Shown here one piece after another: positions 19,201 to 25,836 of a stretch of 59,264 nucleotides of DNA. The stretch comes from a virus (Duplodnaviria > Caudoviricetes): the IMG/VR virus record IMGVR_UViG_3300009481_000013, positions 1-59,264 of that record. One strand, given 5' to 3'. Each line of letters begins with the position of its first letter. Position 1 is the first letter of the stretch. The notes under the pieces are model-generated. The model worked only from the letters and a program-made list of their open reading frames with translations, was not told where the DNA came from and did not search any database. The position numbers and the translations under genes are program-made.

Positions 19201-20364
19201 TTGAATTCTTTTAATCCCGAAATGTGGGAAAAAGATCACGCTTATTCGCCATTTGACGCCGACGATGCTGGACACTCCACAGTTAAGATGATCGAGACTC
19301 CTCGCGTCATGAGCGGAACCAAGGCGCGTGAGCTAGTGAATCAGGTAGAGGTTCCTGAATGGATTGATGCTGTAGCTCCAGATGGTATTGGGGAAGCTGC
19401 TCAACAAGCTTATGTCGAAGTTTATGACAAACTTCGAAACCCTGAGCTTTCTGAAATAGTGTTTGATGCTCTTGAAGAGATGTCATCAGCTGGTGGTGGT
19501 GCTGTTAGTGGTTATCCTGGTGGTTTCAAAGACCCAGACGCAGATGAGGGCACTCTAATCAGAGAAGAGGAAACAGATGGTGACGAACTACTTAATACAG
19601 AGGTAAATGAAATGGATCGTGAAGTATTTATGAAAGAAATGCAACTTAGGAAGTTTATTCGTCGTGCAATCAATATTGTCGAGAGTAAGAATCAAAAACA
19701 GCGCTTTTTGCAAGAATCTAAAGTGCGAAAGTACGTACGAAAGCTTATTCTTGAAGCAGAAGAAGATCATCCTCACGATTCTACCGGTATCAATGTTCTG
19801 GAAGACCTTTTGAAGAAAATCATCCCAGTATTTGAGAAAGATTACAAATCGCTCACTACGGATGCAAACCAACGTAAATCTTTCCGTTCTCACGTTATCA
19901 ATGCAGTGCAAAATTCTCTTGCTCCTTCACGAGCTGAGATTAGTATTAATCCAGAAGCTCCACAAGGACCTGCTGTAGGGATGACTGAACAGGAAGATGA
20001 ACTTGAGATGGATATTCCTACTGAAAGGGATCTTGATCCTAAATTTATCGATATTGATCCAGCATCTAAAGAAGCTCCAGAAATTGCTCCAGAAGAGAAG
20101 TTTGGCATTCCTGGTGAAGACGAAACAGGACGTAATGTCGCTATGAGAAGTTGGGATCAAGTAGAAACTTCAGTTATTGATGCCTATAATGTTTTGTCAA
20201 ATGCACAGGATCGGGAAATGTTTTATGATTATCTTATTACAAATCTAAAACTATATTTCGATAAAATGGAAGAAGAACTTTCTCCAGGTGTTCAGGAACC
20301 TGAGTCAGAAATCTATCAGCAACAAAAAACAGCAGAACAACCTTCTTCTGATTTTAATCTTTAA
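16213..20364 (+). CDS. multidomain protein: Pol-beta NTase + RNA-ligase-like + HxGH cytidylyl/adenylyltransferase + acidic C-terminal domain
   Basis: MGS…YGDLDIDL…QVDL; VEKMDS…DAELF…IEGVVLR…EAKG; GRAQPWHKGH…GADR…SGTKAR. Confidence 0.75.
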   Translation: MHSLKKIINEGGAAAVALTNKKLAPHPNNAERDLQYGKISDAELDSIFPREYGTMTDASDDTYVGRIFHALGSQGLIDTSHSPSYSMGSTRLAALKKYGRGSIGLDKYETDDVIATVSGKKTEYGDLDIDLLFTGDKKSIANAIEAIDPSVYAAAAGGPKAVAVAIRIGNKVIQVDLVDISEGQAAQDFLWKSSFVDLAAGVKGAFSIILLRAVASVMEIGPSDTLESLIQYAQDNPESRFAKDFNKKLKLNYQPVGSRFSLGSKGLKLIVDLEKPSKKDPNKKTQSKIDFEDAVRQGYEDLDELAQIILQNRNADSSTIYSATKLASFIKKHVPQSKINLIWSAFLKSTKDTLEGKIDQHDYETGMAFLGNLLGTEWTPEAAATLNEAREDIGRFIGKNKFSNKNMLLLLRALVSESGNEGKTSFDIKLSENPAVDMVEKMDSSFSHFGIDPEGKFFMETSNSGPVTKENLEEKFGTKPEFFHDIYESFKWLSNSKEVQGSLQEIFKQIGPIRYDAELFPVLTHEGDASGNIVFVGTPYSREKLGRVGGFVVFKAQKWSPEELSWYRPEPAENVALVKMIKQSSFSGNWAGDWRVYTNEEDMKHNVTLHVEFDELLSSYLSSEESFNKALALVSTRKNNPDKDELLFSLNRIREVLQDKLNSYASGAESILGGEGSYIEGVVLRVKKNNGDIFEAKGTSYKFDEHKEELWEDRVNVLNLTKTFEKKLMIEVLELRTDHPATLNKAIKQVSLEFNATSSGDEAKVEFIRELLPVITDKTTGFDKIKPETINLINETEALYKELLQQFEANKPNLDPDTIRKTQALYDSSAESLSKYKAAASSTLESMSYFVYLIGLTLNRRIDRFVNFGRTKPRPEKKDVPKVIFWNGRAQPWHKGHDAMVQKGKSMLNTLDAEAVMIMIVKGGKASQDKSVNPLSESDQINLISAIYENDPQVIVSDKILKRSFIGEIANVVYSTGYEVVGWLAGADRIDSYRKGLNSFNPEMWEKDHAYSPFDADDAGHSTVKMIETPRVMSGTKARELVNQVEVPEWIDAVAPDGIGEAAQQAYVEVYDKLRNPELSEIVFDALEEMSSAGGGAVSGYPGGFKDPDADEGTLIREEETDGDELLNTEVNEMDREVFMKEMQLRKFIRRAINIVESKNQKQRFLQESKVRKYVRKLILEAEEDHPHDSTGINVLEDLLKKIIPVFEKDYKSLTTDANQRKSFRSHVINAVQNSLAPSRAEISINPEAPQGPAVGMTEQEDELEMDIPTERDLDPKFIDIDPASKEAPEIAPEEKFGIPGEDETGRNVAMRSWDQVETSVIDAYNVLSNAQDREMFYDYLITNLKLYFDKMEEELSPGVQEPESEIYQQQKTAEQPSSDFNL

Positions 20365-20372
20365 CTTTCCCC

Positions 20373-20401
20373 TTGACATCTTAAACTAGAAATGTTAGAT
20401 C
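20373..20401 (+). promoter_or_regulatory. probable sigma70-type promoter
   Basis: TTGACA followed by TG-TTAGAT; -10 imperfect. Confidence 0.45.
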
Positions 20402-20513
20402 TATGACTTGATCATTAGACAAGAGAACACTTGATCTATTTTTTCTTATTTGATCTATAATATTACTGATCAATTGGTATAGTGTTCTATACGTTCAAAT
20501 CCAAGGAGAAATA

Positions 20514-21005
20514 ATGACTATTAGAGATGATTATGAAGAAATCGGAGCAAGCATTGGAAGGCTCATTCAAGAAAAACAAGCAGCGTACGGAGATTCATTT
20601 AACCGGTCTAACGAAATTCTACGGGTTCTATATCCTGAAGGTGTTACACCAGATAAGTATCGTGATTTCCTAGCTGTAACGAGAGTTATTGATAAGCTAT
20701 TCAGGATCGCTACAGACAGAGACGCACTTGGAGAAAGTCCGTGGCGTGATGTTATGGGCTATGCGCTTTTGAGTCTTGCTCACCAAGAAGAAGAGAGAGT
20801 GATTTCATTTACACCCGATGAAATAAAAAAGGCTGTAATAAGTGAATATGAAGAAGTTTATGGCGTAGAAACTCCTCCTAAGATTGCCCCTGCCCCTCGC
20901 GGCGGTCGGCAACAGAAAGGTTGGGCTCAACAACAAACAGCCACCGCTGGTCAGACCACTACAGTAGTTAATACAGAAGTGCCTGCCGATCATAAGAAAC
21001 GTTAA
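20514..21005 (+). CDS. nucleotide-modification-associated (DUF1599/MazG-like) domain protein
   Basis: KQAAYGDSF…DKLFRI…ESPWRDVMGYALL; AAGGAG RBS. Confidence 0.6.
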   Translation: MTIRDDYEEIGASIGRLIQEKQAAYGDSFNRSNEILRVLYPEGVTPDKYRDFLAVTRVIDKLFRIATDRDALGESPWRDVMGYALLSLAHQEEERVISFTPDEIKKAVISEYEEVYGVETPPKIAPAPRGGRQQKGWAQQQTATAGQTTTVVNTEVPADHKKR

Positions 21006-21007
21006 TA

Positions 21008-21379
21008 GTGGTTTGGACTCCAAAGAAAAAAAAGTTTGGCAAGAACAGATATTATTCAGTAGCCAAGTTGTTGCGAAGGCAAAGAAAAACTTCTCCACAG
21101 TTTGAAGTAATGCTCAGCAGCCTTTCTCTTGAAGAAGTGATTGCCCTGAAACTTGAGTTGGCAGCTCAGGCTTCAGGGTCTCCTCTTTACGGTGTTCCTC
21201 TTTGGAAGAATTTAAATTTTATCGTTAGAGATGCTGTTATTAAATATGCTCTTTCAGCTACTCGTACTAAACACGAAGCAGCTCGTTTTTTGGGAATGGA
21301 TATAAGTCAGTTTTGGTTAAGGCAGAAATATTATCAAACAGAAAGTTATTTTAACAAAGAAAAAGAAGATGATCTGTAG
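21008..21379 (+). CDS. Fis-like HTH DNA-binding protein
   Basis: AVIKYALSATRTKHEAARFLGM resembles Fis HTH. Confidence 0.6.
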   Translation: MVWTPKKKKFGKNRYYSVAKLLRRQRKTSPQFEVMLSSLSLEEVIALKLELAAQASGSPLYGVPLWKNLNFIVRDAVIKYALSATRTKHEAARFLGMDISQFWLRQKYYQTESYFNKEKEDDL

Positions 21380-21443
21380 AACTTTTTTTTCTTTGTCCGT
21401 TTAAAGAGATAGAAAGCTAGTTAGCTTCACAAGAGATAGAACA

Positions 21444-21545
21444 ATGAGTAAAATACAAGGGATTTCTGGTTTTAGTATGTCACAGGTCACAAGATCGGTG
21501 GGTACAGCTGCGCGCAACGATATCGAAGAAAAAAATAGCCCTTGA
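21444..21545 (+). CDS. putative attenuator leader peptide (33 aa)
   Basis: MSKIQGISGFSMSQVTRSVGTAARNDIEEKNSP*, stop inside antiterminator strand. Confidence 0.5.
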   Translation: MSKIQGISGFSMSQVTRSVGTAARNDIEEKNSP

Positions 21546-21597
21546 TTTGAACGTTTAACAACCGAAAGAATCAAGGGACTCGAAAGAGTCCTTTTTT
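21539..21597 (+). terminator. overlapping antiterminator/terminator (attenuator)
   Basis: CCCTTGATT/AATCAAGGG competes with AGGGACTC-GAAA-GAGTCCTT-TTTT. Confidence 0.75.
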
Positions 21598-21629
21598 ATT
21601 AGATACTTAGGAGAAACACAACAATAGGC

Positions 21630-21658
21630 TTGACAAATAGCGCGCCGCCTGCTACAAT
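21630..21658 (+). promoter_or_regulatory. sigma70-type promoter
   Basis: TTGACA-17-TACAAT with TG extension. Confidence 0.8.
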
Positions 21659-21831
21659 GCGTTGGACTTAGGAGAAAGAGATGAAATTACAACCTATTTT
21701 TGGTAAAATGCAAAGAGATGGTAAAAATAAGAATGGATTGATGATGTTTAAATGCTTAGAGTGTGGACGTAGGTCTTCTTGGGCAAGGCAAGAACATAAT
21801 CACCCAGAGGTTGAAGAAAAGTAAGAAATAT

Positions 21832-21909
21832 GCGCCCAAAGTGTCAAGAGGCTCTGTATACCTGTTTTGTACTCAGGAGGACCGAGTTCGAGACTTGGTG
21901 GGTGCTCCA
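21832..21909 (+). tRNA. tRNA-Thr(UGU)
   Basis: cloverleaf, GCGCCCA/TGGGTGC, TTCGA T-loop, CCA. Confidence 0.8.
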
Positions 21910-21961
21910 AGAAGATGTGGAATAAGGTGATAACCACAGTTAAATAAAAACGACCTACTAT

Positions 21962-22259
21962 GGGGGATCCATGGTTTCGACAGAGTAAGGAGAATGATTC
22001 ATACAAGGAAGCCAGCCAACAAATGCTTTAAATCAGTGTTGGAAAGTATAACTGCAAACGATAATGTTGAACAGTTCGCTCCTATTGCTCTAGCAGCGTA
22101 GAAAGCTGGGCGTCAACTGCCTGGGAACAGAAAGTTGAAAAGAGAAGAATGAATGGTAGAATGGAATGTCAGTTGCTGGACTCAAACCAGCTAACCTTGT
22201 AAGTATTTGAATTATTTGAGTTATTTTGGACAGCGGTTCGACTCCGCTATCCTCCACCA
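21962..22259 (+). ncRNA. ssrA: tmRNA; tag ANDNVEQFAPIALAA* (22054-22101)
   Basis: GGGGGAT/ATCCTCC acceptor with G3:U70, TTCGAC, GGAC-AGCGGTTCGACTCCGCT T-arm, ACCA; internal tag ORF ending ALAA. Confidence 0.95.
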
Positions 22260-22312
22260 GAGTGAAAGCCAGCAAGAACTAGGCTTGACGCATCGGAGAG
22301 ACGATGATTTAT

Positions 22313-22387
22313 AGGTTCGTAACTCAGAGGCAGAGTGCTACTTTTACACGGTAGAAGCCGAGATTTCGAAATTCTCCGAACCTACCA
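22313..22387 (+). tRNA. tRNA-Val(UAC)
   Basis: cloverleaf, CCA. Confidence 0.88.
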
Positions 22388-22484
22388 TAGGCGTGCAGTG
22401 AAGGGCGGGATTGACTATCGTCCAGTTCATAGCCTAGTCAGCAATGAATCCTGACACTGCACGCCAACGATTTTAAGAGATGGC

Positions 22485-22513
22485 TTGACAAGCCTAAAAT
22501 GATCTGTTAGAAT
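22485..22513 (+). promoter_or_regulatory. sigma70-type promoter
   Basis: TTGACA-17-TAGAAT, TG extension. Confidence 0.8.
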
Positions 22514-22570
22514 GTTAGAAAAGAAAAGGAGAAAATTATGGGCACCGAACCAACGTGGTAAACAAATAGT

Positions 22571-22646
22571 GGCTTAGAGATCGAAGAGTCGAAATATCTG
22601 CCTGTCGAGCAGAATCAAACAGGTTCGAGTCCTGTCTAGGTCGCCA
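22571..22646 (+). tRNA. tRNA-Asp(GUC)
   Basis: CTGC-CTGTCGA-GCAG anticodon arm, T-arm, GCCA; weak D arm. Confidence 0.8.
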
Positions 22647-22777
22647 TCCCGTTAGCAGAGACGGGCAAGATGAGTTCGAGGTCTGACGGCATTTCCACGC
22701 TGCTCACTCATCAGGGATACGATACAACAACCGCCAAGTGGTGTATCCTGGGTAATGCTGATAGTTGTTAAATTTTT

Positions 22778-22856
22778 GGGGTATGGGTCTGCCTGGGGTG
22801 GACACCTCGCTTGCACCGAGGATCTCAACAGGGTTCGAGTCCCTGATACTCCACCA
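22778..22856 (+). tRNA. tRNA-Ala(UGC)
   Basis: cloverleaf with G3:U70, ACCA. Confidence 0.9.
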
Positions 22857-23124
22857 TTGCGTTAGGGAATCCACACTGGGGACAGTGCCCGCGCAATCAA
22901 ATTACCTCGCGTTGGTTTAAAATTGATGCGTTTTTAAGGGAAAACGCGCTCGCTCCTCGCGGAAGCTTAGAGATTGAACGAGCATATACGATCTGAGGAT
23001 GTTTTTTAGATAAGCCACTGGCGGCGGGTTGAAGCTCTTCGGAGATTATCCAAAGTAACTAGCTTATGACGGGAAAGCCACCGTGTGTTCGGCTTGACAA
23101 GGTACGGAGAGACGTCGCATTTGT

Positions 23125-23202
23125 GGGTGTGTAGCTCAGCCAGGTTAGAGCAGTCGTCTGATACGCGAAAGATCATAGGTTCAAATCCTATCATACCTAC
23201 CA
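23125..23202 (+). tRNA. tRNA-Ile(GAU)
   Basis: cloverleaf, ACCA. Confidence 0.9.
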
Positions 23203-23204
23203 CA

Positions 23205-23276
23205 GCGGAAGACGTTGGTTCGATTCCAACTATCACAACCATAGTGATATCGTTTAGTGGAAGGATATCCGCACCA
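23205..23276 (+). ncRNA. circularly permuted tRNA-like RNA (T arm before D arm)
   Basis: GCGGA-AGAC-T arm-TATCAC/GTGATA-D arm-TCCGC-ACCA. Confidence 0.75.
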
Positions 23277-23505
23277 TTTTAAGGAAAAAGAGTGACAAAC
23301 TTGGAAAAAAGCATTGCACGCATTAGCAAATGAAGAAGCCTAGATTTCCTGAAGGGAGAGTAATTAAAGAAGGCGGAAAGCATACAGATTATTGTGGATG
23401 CAATGACTGCCGATTAGTTGAAAAGACTAAAGAAGAATTTCGTAGGGCATTGTTTTTTGCCCGAATAGAGGAGAAGAAGAGATGTTAGAAAGTGACTTTA
23501 TTTTT

Positions 23506-23583
23506 GGGCTGAAAGCTCAAGTGGTCGGAGCGCTGGTTTGAAACGCCTGAGATTAGAGGGTTCGAGTCCCTTTTAGCCCACCA
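23506..23583 (+). tRNA. tRNA-Phe(GAA)
   Basis: cloverleaf, ACCA. Confidence 0.88.
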
Positions 23584-23587
23584 ATTA

Positions 23588-23669
23588 GTCTATAGTGAAC
23601 GATGGACGTTCAGTGCTCTCATAAGGCACGGAGAAATCACCACTGGTTCGATTCCAGTTATAGGCACCA
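23588..23669 (+). tRNA. tRNA(CAU) elongator Met/Ile2 with extended variable loop
   Basis: GTGCT-CTCATAA-GGCAC, 12-nt variable region, ACCA. Confidence 0.8.
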
Positions 23670-23719
23670 AAGGAGAAGGTTTTAAACTTTGCACTCCTTA
23701 AAAAATGCAAGGTTATTGT

Positions 23720-23797
23720 CGCGGGTTGGTGTAGTCCGGTCTAGCATTTTGGGTTCATGTCCCAAAGCCGTCAGTTCAAATCTGGCACCCGCAACCA
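23720..23797 (+). tRNA. initiator tRNA-fMet(CAU)
   Basis: C1:A72 mismatch, GGG/CCC anticodon stem, ACCA. Confidence 0.88.
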
Positions 23798-23852
23798 ACA
23801 TCGAAAGCCGTAGATGTAGACTAGGTTTGACACTGGGAGAGACTGGAACTGT

Positions 23853-23930
23853 GGCGTGGTAGGATAACTGGAATAGTCCCCCTGATTTTCACTCAGGATG
23901 ATGCGAGTTCGATTCTCGTCCACGCTACCA
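23853..23930 (+). tRNA. tRNA-Glu(UUC)
   Basis: cloverleaf, ACCA. Confidence 0.88.
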
Positions 23931-23948
23931 AAACAAGGAGAAGACAAG

Positions 23949-24179
23949 ATGGATGATTTGGAGTTGTATTACCTCGAACGAGGAACGCGAATTATGAAGG
24001 TCAAGGAAGAAGCAAAGGTTCTTTTGAAGGAATACTCAGACATCCTTGAAACTTCTAAGCCAGAAATCAAGAGCAACCTTAATGAGTTTGCTTTAGAAGA
24101 GGCTGGTATTAAAATCACTGATATGGTGATTTACGATGAAGGCTCTATTAGTCTTGAATTTGGGAAGATGGTAGATTAA
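23949..24179 (+). CDS. hypothetical protein
   Basis: AAGGAG RBS. Confidence 0.55.
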   Translation: MDDLELYYLERGTRIMKVKEEAKVLLKEYSDILETSKPEIKSNLNEFALEEAGIKITDMVIYDEGSISLEFGKMVD

Positions 24180-24252
24180 AATGTTTAAGTGTCTTAACGA
24201 TTACCCTAGTGAAGTTCAACCTCAGCAAACGCTGGACGTTGTTCAATACTGT

Positions 24253-24328
24253 AGGGATATGGTCTAACTGGTAAGACACTTGATTTTGATTCAAACCGAT
24301 GTGGGTTCGACTCCCTCTACCCCCACCA
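24253..24328 (+). tRNA. tRNA-Gln(UUG)
   Basis: cloverleaf with some acceptor mismatches, ACCA. Confidence 0.78.
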
Positions 24329-24332
24329 TTAA

Positions 24333-24408
24333 TGCCGATTTGCTTAGTGGACTAAAGCGGGGCACTCTGAATGCTCTATCATCGGTTCGAATCCGATATC
24401 GGCTGCCA
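24333..24408 (+). tRNA. tRNA-Gln(CUG)
   Basis: cloverleaf, GCCA. Confidence 0.88.
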
Positions 24409-24540
24409 CTATGAATAAACTGACACCAGAAAAACTTGAAGAACTAAAAGAAGAGGGTCGCCAGCTCTCAAAAGAGTTAGATAAGCAAATAAGACAAATG
24501 TGGAACATTCCCGAAGAACAAATGAAAAGAAGGTGTAATT

Positions 24541-24846
24541 GTGGGAAATGTTGTTGATATATTTAAGAATACTTTAAAGGAGCCAAAAGAAGGAAAAATT
24601 AAGCCTGCACATGAGGATGAAATTTCCATCTTAAATATGGAACAGATTCAGAGAATCTTTTATGAAGCTTTAATTTCGCAAGAAGAAAAGCCACCATCTG
24701 AAGAAGATTTGATTTCTATTTTGTGTTGGGCGCGTGAAACTACTATCAGAGTAGGCATTTTGAACTTGATTTACCAAGGAGAAGTAAAATTTAAATGGTG
24801 TAATAAAGAAAAAGATCTTATAGTTGAAAAAATAAAAGATAAATAG
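24541..24846 (+). CDS. hypothetical protein
   Basis: ORF, AAGGTG RBS. Confidence 0.55.
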   Translation: MGNVVDIFKNTLKEPKEGKIKPAHEDEISILNMEQIQRIFYEALISQEEKPPSEEDLISILCWARETTIRVGILNLIYQGEVKFKWCNKEKDLIVEKIKDK

Positions 24847-24850
24847 GTAT

Positions 24851-24939
24851 GGAAGTTGTCCGGCATGGACGAGGACACCGGTTTGAACCCGGCTGCGGCT
24901 TAATCTCCGTCAAGAGTTCGATTCTCTTAGCTTCCGCCA
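24851..24939 (+). tRNA. tRNA-Ser(UGA)
   Basis: long variable arm, G73 CCA. Confidence 0.85.
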
Positions 24940-25013
24940 GTCCCAGAGAACTACTTGCTACCCAACTTGGACGGGAAAAAACGTAGTGACAGATTGGAGA
25001 GACGATCGCGAGT

Positions 25014-25101
25014 TAAGGGTTGGCAGAGTGGTTTAATGCGACCTCCTACAGGGAGGTGTCCCGAGACGGACCGTGGGTTCGAATCCCACACCCTACACTC
25101 A
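25014..25101 (+). tRNA. atypical class II tRNA with ACA anticodon (Cys decoder or pseudogene)
   Basis: ACCTC-CTACAGG-GAGGT arm, long variable arm, frayed acceptor, no CCA. Confidence 0.6.
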
Positions 25102-25107
25102 TTTTAC

Positions 25108-25199
25108 GGAAGGCTGACAGAGTCAGGTTGAATGTAGCGGGTTGCTAACTCGTAGGTTGTGAAAGCTTCCCAAGGGTTCGAATCCCTTGCCTTCCTCCA
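25108..25199 (+). tRNA. tRNA-Ser(GCU)
   Basis: long variable arm, CCA. Confidence 0.88.
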
Positions 25200-25233
25200 A
25201 AAACAAGAAGCAGAACTTGTCAAATCTGTGTGT

Positions 25234-25311
25234 GCGTCGTCGGTCTCAATGGTGGGACATCACCCTTCCAAGGTGAACATCAGAAGGGTTCGATCCCCTT
25301 ACGACGCTCCA
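25234..25311 (+). tRNA. tRNA-Gly(UCC)
   Basis: cloverleaf, U73 CCA. Confidence 0.88.
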
Positions 25312-25314
25312 TTT

Positions 25315-25389
25315 GCGAGAGAGTATCTATGGTTGATTGTCTCGTTGCCAACGAGAAGCTTGCGAGTTCGAATCTCGTCTCTCGCTCCA
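25315..25389 (+). tRNA. tRNA-Gly(GCC)
   Basis: cloverleaf, U73 CCA. Confidence 0.85.
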
Positions 25390-25392
25390 CAC

Positions 25393-25469
25393 GCCTTTGT
25401 AGCTCAGTCAGGTAGAGCGTTCCCTTGGTATGGGAAATGTCGTTAGTTCAAATCTAATCGGAGGCTCCA
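25393..25469 (+). tRNA. tRNA-Thr(GGU)
   Basis: cloverleaf, CCA. Confidence 0.9.
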
Positions 25470-25474
25470 ATATT

Positions 25475-25819
25475 ATGAAAGTTTTAGTTTGTGGCGGTAG
25501 GAAATACGACGATCAGGAATATGTGTCACAAGTTCTTGATATGATTCACAGCGATTATCCCATTACTTGCGTTGTACACGGCGCAGCAACAGGTGCCGAC
25601 ACATTTGGAGAATCTTGGGCAAAAGCAACCGGTATTGCTTTTAAACCCTACCCAGCAGATTGGGATACTTTCAAACACGCAGCAGGTTCAATCAGGAACG
25701 CTGAAATGCTAAAAGACAACCCAGATATCGAGCTAGTTATTGTGTTCCCAGGCAACAACGGAACCAATAATATGCGAAACAAAGCAGAAAAAGCAGGCAT
25801 TAACGTGTACTGCGCATAA
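25475..25819 (+). CDS. SLOG family (DUF2493/YspA-like) protein
   Basis: VLVCGGRKY…VHGAATGAD…YPADW…AGSIRN…FPGNNGT. Confidence 0.85.
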   Translation: MKVLVCGGRKYDDQEYVSQVLDMIHSDYPITCVVHGAATGADTFGESWAKATGIAFKPYPADWDTFKHAAGSIRNAEMLKDNPDIELVIVFPGNNGTNNMRNKAEKAGINVYCA

Positions 25820-25836
25820 CCCAAAAGGAGTAAAGA

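Noticed and set aside
22945-22985. HDV-like/theta ribozyme (TCCTCGC loop)
   Set aside because: Could not assign a convincing P1/P1.1 or catalytic J4/2
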